A program made the position numbers and the translations under genes. The notes under the pieces were generated by a model, which saw only the letters and a list, made by a program, of their open reading frames with translations, had not been told where the DNA came from and searched no databases. Shown piece after piece: positions 12,371 to 24,924 of a DNA stretch of 64,000 nt. This DNA is from Rhynchobatus australiae (lineage: Eukaryota). Positions within the stretch are counted from its first letter, which is position 1; every line of letters starts with the position of its first letter. Location: NCBI GenBank assembly GCA_034780895.1, contig JAUZTB010000017.1:16576704-16640703 (forward strand), written 5' to 3'.

Positions 12371-12972
12371 CTGAAAAGAGAAGAAAAAAAATAACTGGAA
12401 ACTTCTGCTGTTGTGAGCTCGCTCTCATTTGAACCAGAACAAAAAATGTTGTTGATTGCACAGCCAGGATCAAAGGACGTAAATAAAGAACAATTTTAAT
12501 GTGCTAAATCTGATAGAACCAGCTAATTAAATTTTATAACCTCTGCTAATGTCAACAGAGACCTTCTCCCCAAGCTAAAACTAGGTGTTTTGTTGTGATA
12601 ATTAAAGACGAAGCGGCATTTGCTTTAATGGAGCCATCACAATAATTGAGGGCTACAGATCCAAAGGAAAACAATAATGAATGTAAATTTATACCAAAAT
12701 AAAATACATCAAATCAAAGAGCCGCTGTTCTGCTTTGGGCCTCTTTTGGTATTTAGAACTCAGTAAGAAAACATTAAATTAACAGTCCTTAATTTGTAGC
12801 CTTTTGTCATAGTAACCAGTGTTGACAGGTGTTGCCAAGGGAGAAGCCCAAATAAATATGTGGGTACCCAGTAGCCAATCACAGCTCATTACAATAATTG
12901 GACAATACAGTTACATGCAAAATTCTACAAGAATTAAAGGAATAAAAAGAAAAAAGAAATGGAACTGCTTAC

Positions 12973-13075
12973 TGTGGTACTAACCATCCTAGTGGATGGG
13001 GGATTTGGCCGACGGTACCAGGTGAGAGTGGGTAATAGGGAGATATGTCTGAAGGATGCGGAGGTCTAGGAATTC
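12973..13075 (-). CDS. TCF7L2: TCF7L2 exon 7 (103 nt; 91 nt with the alternative donor ending at 12985), (G)[30 protein letters not shown][LVPQ]
   Basis: TAG acceptor. Donors TG|GTTAGT and CA|GTAAGC are 12 nt apart, giving the known +/-LVPQ choice. Confidence 0.97.
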
Positions 13076-13840
13076 CTAGATAAAGCAAAAAGCAACAAAG
13101 TTTATTCTCAAAAGTGAAGGGTACAGGAAGTTCATAATGTGGTTATATCTGGATATGCCTTTGCCCATTTAGCTTCCTGTTTCCAATAACACCAACTGTT
13201 AAAATGATTGCAAGCCAAACCTTTAACAACCTGGGTCTTGCACATTATTTGTTGTAGCTCAACATCTAAAAAAATTATTGCAATTTATACTAAATCTTAA
13301 ACTCAAACTAGTTATATCTGTGCCATAGTAACACAACATTCAATTAGAACACAAGATGCAATTAGTTACATCATTTCTATACACATTTCATACTGTTTTA
13401 GTGAATCACCAGGTCTTTCAATATTGTGGGTGTACTCTCACACAAATCTGAATTAAGAGTTTTCCCACAAAACACTGTAGTTTCATTTGATCTGTTCCAT
13501 AGAATTCAGCTTTTGAAATCAAGCATGTAGGAATTCATTTAGTACTTTTGTGAATTATCTTAAAAATGTGTGCTTTTAATGCCTCTTGTAACACAATTAT
13601 AGACACACTAGCCCCATTTCTTAAATCTGATTCACTTCATGGGTTCTCTAAAGAGGGGTTCATCAGCTCCAGCCCATTACACGGAACCTCTGCTGAGCTG
13701 GCTACAACTTGGCCTAGGAATTGGATGTCACCCCTTTTTGTTGCGCTAAAANNNNNNNNNNNNNNNNNNNNNNNNNNNNNNNNNNNNNNNNNNNNNNNNN
13801 NNNNNNNNNNNNNNNNNNNNNNNNNNNNNNNNNNNNNNNN

Positions 13841-13944
13841 CTCATGGATGCAGGGGAAGGGGGTAAACTCATGGATGCAGGGGAAGGGGGTAAACTCATG
13901 GATGCAGGGGAAGGGGGTAAACTCATGGATGCAGGGGAAGGGGG
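13841..13944 (+). repeat. 27-bp minisatellite (CTCATGGATGCAGGGGAAGGGGGTAAA), about 3.8 copies visible, abutting an N-gap
   Basis: Identical units start at 13841, 13868, 13895 and 13922 (the last is partial). Confidence 0.95.
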
Positions 13945-15119
13945 AGAGGAGTTGTCGAGAGGTAAAGCAGAGCAGCTTTGGACAGTGTCCATCCCCACTC
14001 TGCACTGTGGAGTAGCAGAGTCAGAATTAAATTCATGTCCCATTAAGGACCCTTTGGTATAGTTCCTGACTACGTATGCTTGATTTGCAGTACATGAACA
14101 ACGAAGGCCATGGATTGTGATTAATCCAATTTCTGTTAGGGAGTCTAAAGTAAGTGTTGTATACTTTAAAGACTTCATCGCACATGTGATATACGATGGG
14201 GAAATTACACTAGCACAGGGTGAATTTCCCAGTCCGACTTTCCAAATGGCAGGACATCTACTGGAAAAAGGCACAAATACAAAGTAATTTACACATTAAA
14301 ATACAACTGTTTTATTCCTAATAGACTTTCTTGGCTCCCATTTTTGTTGATTATCAGTAACATTTAAAATGAGCCTCAGTTTCAAAACGTGTAGTAGTCC
14401 ACAACTATCCTCAAATCACCAGGATCTTTACTTGTTTTTCACAGCCTGCACTAATACAGAATTCTTTTTACTTCCTACCCGAGTCACCTCAAGTCTCACA
14501 ACCCTACAAACACCTTATCTTGTTGGTGGTAAGCCCTGTGAGTCTTCTCTACCTGCAACATAAATGACAATCATTCTCCATGATTCAGACAATCTATTCC
14601 CCTTTCCCAGTGATCTTGGCCCCTACTTTGAGAAAAGCAACTTTTCATTAGACCATACCCTTAATTTAACAACATTCAACTTTTGCCCACCATTAGTGCA
14701 TTTCTCATGCTCTTGTTTAATGCACGATGCATACATAAAAATATCACATGATTAGGAGCAAAACATCTTAACTTTGCTGATGACATCTGCCCTGGAGCCA
14801 GAAAGTATCATTGTCCAAGTGACCTCACAACTTTATAATCAGTATATTTTAAAAAGCACCTCAACAAAACATCAAGTAACAGCATCTCACTTTACAACTG
14901 GGCACATTCCAGCTTTCTACTCTCAAAACCAAGTTCAATCAATTCAGACAGTGATTCTACAAATTCCCAATTACATATTCTCTGGATCCACCTCTTTGTA
15001 TTCTTCTCCTTTTCATCTTGTATTGCTTCAAACCATCAATTCAATTTTAATCTCTCCTATTCTTTTCTTTACCTCCACTCCCACCTTTCTCTGTCTACTT
15101 ATCTCCATCTCTTCTTCCC

Positions 15120-15420
15120 CCATTCTGATGGTCATCAATTTGAAGTGTTACCGTAGTTTCTCCCTCCACAACCCTGCCCAACGTGCTGCGCAGTTCCATT
15201 ATTTTCAGTTTTAATTTCAGATTCCTAGCCAGCAGTATTTTGTTTTGTTTTAGAAACACCAACTTTTACATGCAATTTTTCAGAAAAGACTGGAAGCAGT
15301 CAGCAGATCATCAGTGAAAGAGAAATAGAGTTAACATTTCAGGTCAGAGACCCCTTTGGGTGTTTCCAGCGTTTACCATTTTTATTTCAGATTTCTAGCA
15401 TCTGCAACATTTTTTGATTA
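15120..15420. mobile_element. Two degraded Penelope-terminus short elements
   Basis: TTCTGATGGTCATC..TTTCAGATTCC arm, then GAGTTAACATTTCAGGTCAGAGACC and a TTTATTTCAGATTTCTAGCATCTGCA tail. Confidence 0.6.
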
Positions 15421-17799
15421 ACATATACACGAAGTTGCCTTTCAATAATTTCCCCATGTGAATTAACTGGGTAAACATAGAGGCACCAGACTAAATGCCT
15501 CACTGTAACAGCCAGACGTTACAACCGAGTTACCAACAATAGCTATCCTGCAGAATGTCTCATGTCTGAACAGTGTAGAACTTTGAACACTTGTAAAACA
15601 TCAGTGAATGTGCTGCACAGCTCACAATAAAGTACAGAAACTTGGTCAACAAAAGTAAGGAATCTGGGACCCAGAAATCAGGCAAGAAAAATGAACTACA
15701 GATTTATTAGAAGATAGTACTATGCCAAATATTATACCGTGAAGTGTATCTCTAGTTAATTCTTGCTACTTAATTTTGTCAAGTTATAAAATTATTTTGT
15801 CAAAGTTCTTGAAACTGGTATTAACAAGGGTCTAAAATACCTCACTGCAGTTCTACTCCAGATCTGCTACTGATTTCACTTATTGTGTCCCTTACACTAT
15901 CAATTTTTTTTATCTCATGTATTGTACGCTATTAAGACTGTGCATTGTATAATATGAAGCTACTTGATTCACACATTGTGCACTATGAAGCTGTTTATGC
16001 CCCCCCCCAAAAATCCCAGTGCATAAGAAAGGGTCAACAAGTGACAATAAACCACATTTTCCCCAAAAACAATTCAACATGGTGTCTGCCTGCAGCAATT
16101 ACATTGGGCTGAAGGAGTTTCAGACATCCGTAACCCACTCCTCCCTGCAGGCTCTGTTTAGCTCTAATTCTCCATGGAGTTAGTGAGGATAACCAAACAC
16201 ATAGAGTTAACGCCCTTGTTAAAGTCAAGGAATGTCTAAGGGTTTCATTCCAGGCTCATCTCCTATGGGACTGCAAGGACAACTGTAAACCATCTTCCAT
16301 CAAATAACATAATTCATCTTAATTTATTTCAGATAAAAGTTAACAAGAACATAAATTCTAAAATGTAAAGGCTCGGAACTGCACATTGCTCCATAGTGGA
16401 CTGTCCAAGTTCAACTCAGGGTTGATCAGAGTAAGTTTAAGTCATTGACAGCAGCAAGTCAAGCTACCACAATCTCGAATCCACAACTTCTACCAGGTTA
16501 GGAAGGACAAAAGCAGTGGGCAAGTCAGGTACATCCAAGTTTCAAACACTCTTGATTTGGAAATAGATTGTCATTGTCACAGGGTGACAATCCTGGATCT
16601 CTCTACATTGCAGGAATAACTTCAGCGCATGGACTGCAGAGATTCAGTTGTCCTTCTCAAGGCAGGTCAGAGACAGGCATTGCGTGTTGGCCCTGTCAGC
16701 ACTGCTCCTATCCATGAATGAATTAGGTGTGGGTGCTTGGCAACAATCTGCCAGTCCTCCTGCTCCCTACTCTGTGGTGGTTCTGTATAACTACAGGGTG
16801 ACTGCAGGGTTTGAAAGTGCAGTACTCACACCCCAGGTGACGCACACCCCATGTGTTCCAATCCCACTCCTTCTGGTCCAGCTCAGTTCTGTTCACCTTT
16901 TCCATTCGACCCTCACACTGTTNNNNNNNNNNNNNNNNNNNNNNNNNNNNNNNNNNNNNNNNNNNNNNNNNNNNNNNNNNNNNNNNNNNNNNNNNNNNNN
17001 NNNNNNNNNNNNNNNNNNNNNNTGCAGTGTTAATTATTGATATGAAAATGGTTAGGGCACTTATTTATCATGCAGGCAGAAAATGGCTTAATTAGTTGCA
17101 ACAAATGATGGTTTCCTTCTCTAGAGTTTTCATTTAAGGCCACAATATACATTTTATAATGCCTCCACAGTAGCTGTCTTAGGTGTCATTAAATTTAAGA
17201 TTATCATTTCTCTTTCTGATACCCAGCCTGAAGTTGATTTTAAAAAAAGCAGAAAGAAATGAGAAAAGCAGCATGTCTGAAAGGAAAGTGCATGTAGGCA
17301 AGATTGGGATAAAAGAGCTAGCAAGAAAACATATGGAGGGAGCTGCATCATAAACTCAAGCGGGAAGGTTTTAACTAGATTAAAGCAGCTTCCTCCAAGG
17401 CCCTGGGGAGTAGTTGACGCTTGCTGTGGTATTGAGTCACAGGCAATCAAGTTGAAATTTCCAGCCTAGCCTTTCTTCCAGGGGAACGATGGACACGTGC
17501 TACAAGTTGTCCTCAAAGTCCCACCGCGGGGTTGAGCTAATCAGCCAGTGGCTACCAATCAACAATCCCTGCTGGCAAGTAAATGTAGGTAATAGGGGAG
17601 AATAGGATCAGCCTCAACAGTGACATGCCCCAAATTCAACCAACTACCACACAACCGGGTGTACAAGGAATGATCATCTGAGCTAGGTACTGTCCGGCCA
17701 CTGATACCCATGAAACTAAAAGGGGTAAAGAGGAGGAAAATGCAAAATGAACCCCAAACCACTATTTATGGACAATGACAGGTTGAAGCAGTCATTAGC

Positions 17800-18060
17800 C
17801 ATGTTTTGCTCTGGGCTTAAAAGGCAGGCAGCATTCTCAGCTCCGAATCAAAAGATGTGGATAGAGGTCCTATCCATTTGTGCATATAATTCAACTTTCA
17901 ATGCAGCACTGAGGGAGTGTTACACTTCTGGAGGTGCCATGTTCAGACAAGACAAAATCATCATACCCTCTAAGCTGATATGATTCGTAAGGCAGGAGAG
18001 ACCTCCCTAATACCCCAGCCAACAACAGAAGCAGGGTACTGATTATTATTCCAAATAACC
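17800..18060 (+). mobile_element. Deu-domain SINE relic (SacSINE/AmnSINE-like)
   Basis: ATGCAGCACTGAGGGAGTGTTACACTTCTGGAGGTGCCATGTTCAGA resembles the Deu-SINE core as recalled. Confidence 0.55.
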
Positions 18061-19714
18061 TGTACTATTCTATATTTATAATAATAATAACTATATTACA
18101 TAAATTACTCCACCACCTGTAAAGGGCTTGAGCAAGGCACTAAATAAATTGCATTCTTTTCCTCACAAACATGTCAATCTCAGTTTTCCACTCCATTTCA
18201 ATTAAAGATTCATGTATCTATGACTCTAATGTTTCAAATTGATCTGCCACAGTTGGTGCTGGACACTGACCTTTGGCTTTAAACACCAACACAGAGACAT
18301 ATCTACAATTGTTAACTATTGTAATTGAAGGCCATTGCAATCAAACATAGTATGACATGGTGCCCAAAATGCTCCACAATAATCTGGAGCACTGTCAAGA
18401 GAAGAACACAGGGGAGTTATTCCATGGCATCTTCTGGAAAATGATTCAAACAAAACTAGTAATGATCTTTCTACTCTCACCAATGAAATAGAACCCAGCA
18501 ATACACTGCCACTGATTGGATCAGAGGTCTACTTAATACATAATGAACAGCCTGCACAAGCCCAAATAGAGGTCAATCTGTGTGCTCTGCTTAACTGCCT
18601 GTGACCGGTACAAAATATGATATCCTTTCAGCTTTAGGATATTCAATAGCAGTGAGAGTGCAAGTATTTGTTGTAGCACAGTACAAACACAATGCTTCGT
18701 GAAGTGAGCTGACTTGATCTCATGCAGTTGTGGACTGCCTTAAAACTTCACCTGTACAATGAATCTGCACCTCCCCCCCCATCCCAATATTCCTACAGAT
18801 ATCTCAAAATAAATAAAATCCATTGGAGAACTTGTCTCATAATAATACAAGAGTCTGACCAGCTGCCAGCCACTCAGTCTCTCCCAGGTTGCTAATGTGA
18901 TATTGCGCTGTTCAGGGAAAAGGCCTGCATGTTAATTGGCAATGAACTCGTGTCAAATTAAGTTCTTAAAAATGAAGGTATGTAAAAATAAGATCTGATC
19001 GAGTCTGATATACACATGAATCTTCACATGAAGTGAAGTCACATTTTACTGTGTGGGATATACACTTGGAGCAAGATCAAATGGCCAAGGCACTTGAAAA
19101 GGCAGTTTAACCTCACTTTTACAGGGTTTCTTGCATCCAATTGGAGCATGAAACAGAAGTTAAACTGGCACATAGGAACAACAAGCATGCAAAATGCCAA
19201 TGTCACATTACCAGAGGAGACCACACACAAACATGAATAATGATATAGTATAGGTCAGGAAACAATGCCAAATGGATACTGTCAACACATATTTTACACG
19301 TTAAAAAGAAACCAACTGTCACATTTTTATTTCTTTCTCTCGTTTCCTTTTGCTTCCCCCATATTAACCATGGGGAAGGAACTGGACTAATCTGTATCCA
19401 CCTTGAGCTTGAACTAACCTGATGACCACAAACACAAGTTTTACAAATTACCTGCTTGAAATTTGCCAGTTCTTTCCCTTTGCTGCCATACAACTTAAAC
19501 TCCTTCCATAATTAGGTATTTCATCTCTGTCTGGGGATGTAGCTGTACAGAGTCCTGTCAGGACTCNNNNNNNNNNNNNNNNNNNNNNNNNNNNNNNNNN
19601 NNNNNNNNNNNNNNNNNNNNNNNNNNNNNNNNNNNNNNNNNNNNNNNNNNNNNNNNNNNNNNNNNCTCCTCTCCTTGGCAACTCTCTGAAACAGTGCCAA
19701 TTTAATAGCAAATG

Positions 19715-19845
19715 AAAATTTGAAAAAAACTGCAGATGCTAGAAATCTGAAATAAAGCCAGAAAATGCTAGAAAGTCTCAGCAGGCCAGGCAGTATCTGT
19801 AGAAAGAGAAACACCATTTAGGCTTCACGTCCAAGGCCCTGATTT
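19715..19845 (-). mobile_element. Penelope-terminus short element, single arm
   Basis: CTGCAGATGCTAGAAATCTGAAATAAA..CTCAGCAGGCCAGGCAGTATCTGT matches 61198-61230 and the reverse complement of the 54570-54600 tail. Confidence 0.7.
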
Positions 19846-21494
19846 TTATAAGCTTTCCAATGTCCTATATCCACCTTCAGCCTTGCCTCAATTTATCTGT
19901 CATTGAAACACCCACCAGGCTTTTGTTGACTGTCACAGTACATTCCATTGTTCCACTCTCTTTAAACTCAACACCATTCAAAACTCTGCTGCCTGTGTTC
20001 CAACTTGCTGCAGGTCACACTCACCCATCACCACCTACACTGGCTTCCAGCTGAGAATGCAAAAATAAGCCATAAGGCCAGTTAAATTGGCTTCACTGTT
20101 GAATAAGATTATACATAATCTTCTTCATCAAATCAATGCGGCTGATCGTCCTCAAACTTGATTCCATCCGTCTGATCTCAGCTTTAAATTCATTATACTC
20201 TTCGGCTTTCAGGTTGTTTTTTCCATATACTTTCAGCAGGGATTCCATTATAATTCTCATCACCAACGTTGAGCCAACTGGTTTACGGAAGTCCTCCGTT
20301 TCCTTTCTTAAATACAGATGTGTAATAAACTATCTACCAGTCCTTTGACATTCCACCCTTTTCTAATAGATTACTAAATGAGTGTACAGGTAAACCCTGT
20401 GTTACGGTTGTTCAAGGAACAGAAATTCGTCTTACAGAATTTAGAAATCAATACCCAAAGATTTGAGATAAAATTCACTTTCATGGAATTTAAATGGAAA
20501 AGAAATAAACAATTTTTTTTCCAACTCACATTTCTTGACTCATGCACGGTGAATGTGGCTTCACATCACAGAATTTTAACATCCTTATCTTTGTTTCTAA
20601 ATCTCACCGTGTCGGCATCCCTATCCGTCCCTATTGCCATAACCTTCTCCATCTCAAGCACCTTCTGAGATATCTGTAATCTTCAATTACGAGGTCTTGA
20701 ACAGCTGCAACTTTAACTGCTCTCCACTGGCTTCCATGGTCCTATGCTCTAGAATTTCTTCCTATGAAGCTCTCAGTTTCTAGTCCTCTCTCCTCCTTTC
20801 AAAATCCACCTCTACGATTACATTTTTGGTCACCTTCTCTAATAATTCACTGTCAAATGTTATTTCAATAAAACTCCTGTAAGGTGCCTTTGGATATTTT
20901 TCTGGGTTATCAAAAAGACATAAATAGCGATAGTTACAGTCCAATCAGGCTTCACCTGCAAGGATGCCCAACTGAAGGGCATAGAAAGCAGCACATTTGA
21001 ACACCTATTTTGTATGTCATGGTCATTTTCAATTCCCAATAGATTATAGACCTAGGGTAGTAGAAAATAAGCAATTATTTGTGCAATGAACCAAAGATTT
21101 AATATTGGAAACTAAAACTTAACTACAATTCTCACACTTTAAAATGTGCTCCCATTGTTTATTTTCATTAACTGAAATATTTCCAGTACAATGTATTAGC
21201 TACTTCTAGCTTCTTTGTGCTTATGATAATTAAATCTCCTCCATGAGATTTTCAGCTCCCTCAGGAATCAACCAAGTAGATGGACAGTGCATCAGAGGTT
21301 TTTCCATCTGGGCTTTCAATAGCTTCCTGTCCATCTGCTTGGAGTACCCGGAGCCCAAAGCTAATCAACTGATTAACAAACATAGTTGCTTGTTCAAGAG
21401 GGGCATCATTGCTGGCAGGACGTAGACCATGCACCCAGCTGAATTCTCCTGCACTGACGACATAAGATTGGAGGATAACAGATAAGGAGCAGAA

Positions 21495-22310
21495 CAGATA
21501 TAGTCAGAGTTGTGCTGCACAATGGCTCATCACATCCAGCCAACCTTTAATGCCCATCAATGCAAATCCCATCTGCCCGCATTGGGTGCGTATCCTTCTA
21601 TGCCTTGCCTATCTAAGAGTCTTATCTAAATGTCCTTTAAACACTGTGGTTGTAACCGATTCCACCATCTCCTATGGCAGCACATTCCAGATATCAACCA
21701 CTCCCTGTGTGATGAAGCTTTCCCCTTTAAACCTACTTTCTCTCACCTTAAATCCATGCTCGTGTTTGATACCTCTACCATTGGAAAAAAAATTCTGACT
21801 ATCTGCCCAATCTATGTCTCTTATAATTTCATATAGCTTTTTCAGGTTGGCCTCAGCCTTCTTTACTCAGGGAAAACAAGCCAACCAGCTATCTAATCTC
21901 TCCCCATAATTGAAGTTCTCCAATCCAAGCAACATCCAGGTGAAGCTCCTCTTGACTCTCTCCGGCACAACCACATCCATCCTATAGTGTGATGACCAGA
22001 ACTGTATACAATATCCCCTGTCCAGTCTAACCAGTGTTTTGTAAAGTTGCAACATAATGACTCAACTATCACCTTCTATGCCCTGACCTATGAAGTCAAG
22101 AATGCCATCTGCCTTCTTCACCACCCTAACTTCATTGCTACTTTCAGGGAACTCTGGACTTGAACCGCAAGGTCCTTCTGTTCATCAACATTCCTTGGTG
22201 CCCTACCATTTTGTGCACATGTCCTACCCCTATTAGGCTTCCCAAAATGCATCATCTCACACTTGTTGGGATTCAATTCCATCTGTTATGCTCTTCTCAA
22301 TTTTCCATAT
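21495..22310 (-). mobile_element. CR1-type LINE 3' fragment (ORF2 C-terminus + 3' UTR)
   Basis: ORF 21867..22055: LYKTLVR..YCIQFWS.HYRMDV..ERVKRSFT.ML.GL...YGERL. Confidence 0.88.
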
Positions 22311-22839
22311 GTTAGAAAACAAAACCTTGCTGAATTAGCTGGTCTGTTGGTGAATTAGCTGCAGGTGAACAATAGCATCATTTTAAACCTAGCTGCTTTA
22401 ACGACCAACTGAAAAATGTTAATGAACTTTTGAGAAAAATTTAGCAAGTCTCAATAAGGACAAAAAGTTAACAAAATGACATCCTTTCTAGGAGGCAGCA
22501 CTTCAAAAATCAAAGTAGTTTTAACTTATTTCCTGGCCTGCCATGAGTTTTAATGCTCGCCTCTGCCATTGCCATTTAACAAGAGGAAGGACCTCCCCAT
22601 TGCTGCTGACTAACTCAGTCCATCAGCTAATATTCCCTTGGTGCAGAACCTATTATTGGATGGGACTTTGGATAGCCTGGTCAAGAAGTGTTCTTAGAGG
22701 CAAAAGAACTTTGTTATATCAATGGGAACTTAACACTCTATAGGTTTTAGGTAGGAGAGGCATCCAATTACCTGATAAAAGTTCTGCGTAAGCAAACAAT
22801 ACCATCAGACAGAACTTACTCCCTGATTACAAGGTGCAG

Positions 22840-24029
22840 TTTTTGGATTCCAATCCCTTCAGAAAGTGGCATGATCAAATTGTCCCTCCCTATGCAGAAC
22901 TGGTGAGGGGGTGGAACAAGGAATGAGAAGCAAGAATCCAAGTGCAAGCACAGACCATTTCTCAGGATAACTTTATATAAAAACTCTCCCTTCTAATGGT
23001 ACTGCTACCTGGCTGAGGATAATCAATATTGGGATGCCAAATTTTCAGTGCTAGATAGGCAGCATTGAACTTGTATTAATTTGCCAGTAAATCAATTGCA
23101 AGGTTTAGTCAATCAACTAATGTATATTCCTATAAGCCAGCAACACAATCTGAGCTCTATGCAAAACAAAAATGCATGGTCAACTGCACCTCCTACATTT
23201 TGCTCGAGTGTAATAGTGGTCTGAAGACTTCATAAAAATGTTCTGAACACTTAAGATTTTCCAATTTATAAACGATGGAAAGCTTAACTAATTTTATTTT
23301 ACTTTAAAGGTTAGTTTTTAGCATTTTTTAATGCTACACACAAGTTCATGAAAATTCTCAAAAATGGGTAAACAGGAATTTTAATGTGCAACTATCTTTG
23401 AGTTAAACGTTCAAATCACTTTTCTAAATTCTGTCACAGGGTACTTGGAGCAGGTAAGGCCTTACCTGACCAGTGAAAGGGAATGACCTTACAGTGTGAA
23501 TAGTTGGTACAGAGACTGGGCAACAAATTGATGAACAGCCTGCAAAATCAAACTTTATGTCCCACGTATTTCATCAGCCTCTACTTTTGCAGTATGTGCT
23601 CTGAAAGGGATTCCTAGTTAATCAGTTAAGTACATAGATGAAAATCTGTGATTTTGCTGCATTCAGAAGGTCTGCCATTTAACAACCATGATGTGATTGA
23701 TTAGTGCAGCAAACTGTCTGGGCCACCCTTATAAAATTCAGACACAGCACTGAAAATTCCTTTACATCTTGCAAATTTTGTAGATACTTAAGTATATAAG
23801 AGAAGAAAACTAATGATTCTCTCTCTTTCCCTGCCCTCACCAACTTTGTTTTACACCTTCCTTTTCCACCACCATTCCCCAACTGAGAAGCACAAAATCT
23901 ACAATCTACAAAAGAAGCACAACTTCATTTTTGGATTCCAATCCCTCCAGAAAGTGGCATGATCAAATTGTCCCTCCCTATGCAGAACTGGTGAGGGGGT
24001 GGAACAGGAATGAGAAGCAAGAATCCAAG
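22840..24029 (+). repeat. Dispersed direct repeat of about 102 bp (22840-22942 and 23928-24029)
   Basis: Two copies differ by one substitution and one 1-nt indel. Confidence 0.95.
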
Positions 24030-24791
24030 AGCCATCCAACAACAGCAGTGTTCAATAAATACACCGATATAAATGCTATGATAAAGAGCCAAATGAAACC
24101 AAATGAATATAAACTCTTCCAAGCTCAAATTGTATTTTATTTTCGTCCAATCAATTTGAGGTGATTTCTCAATTTGTTGTTTTAAAAATGTATTTCTTTC
24201 AGGCTGAACAAGCATTAAGACTGTCTCTATTTTAAAGTGTAGCATTTCATTTCTAATATTTTTTCATTCTCCTTCAACCTTCAATTTCCACCAATAAAAG
24301 GCATCAACAAGTGTACGTTTGGAAAGTGAGGAACTGTTCAATCTGTCCAATAGCGCCCTTTCATTTACAAACCATCTGACTCATGGAAGCAGTATGAAAT
24401 GATATTTAAGGAAATTTTTTTCCCTGCCTTAGTAATGCATCCTTAGCAAAGATACAAAAAAGGAAGATTCCAAATTGAACACAAANNNNNNNNNNNNNNN
24501 NNNNNNNNNNNNNNNNNNNNNNNNNNNNNNNNNNNNNNNNNNNNNNNNNNNNNNNNNNNNNNNNNNNNNNNNNNNNNNNNNNNNNACATTTAAATTGAAT
24601 TAAATTGCAGTTGCACATTACTGAAAATGTACAAGTGCTCAAAACAATATTTAACATTTAGTTCTGATGCAGACATGGATTTCCCCAATCGCTTCTGAGT
24701 AAAGCAAAATTCAGAAATTTTGTCTGAATTGCACTCTGATCCCAGAAAGAAACGAGCATTATCAAGTGAAGTTTCTTCCCCCTTCACCTAC

Positions 24792-24924
24792 CTGTTTTGG
24801 GGTCCACATCTGCTGGTAAGTGTGGTGGAGGGTTACCTGGTGTGAAGTGTTCATTGCTGTATGTTATCAGCGGCGTTAGCGGATGAACATGATGAGGATG
24901 CTGCACAACAGGTACTTTGTTAGA
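24792..24924 (-). CDS. TCF7L2: TCF7L2 exon 6 (133 nt), [44 protein letters not shown](G)
   Basis: Manual translation of the minus strand. T-tract plus GACAG acceptor and G|GTAGGT donor. Peptide and length match the vertebrate TCF7L2 exon. Confidence 0.97.

Noticed and set aside
13566-14274. Overlapping ORFs with repeated peptides (SWMQGKGVN, SLPPSPASM)
   Set aside because: These are translations of the 27-bp minisatellite plus Ns. The units are contiguous with no spacers, so it is not CRISPR-like either.
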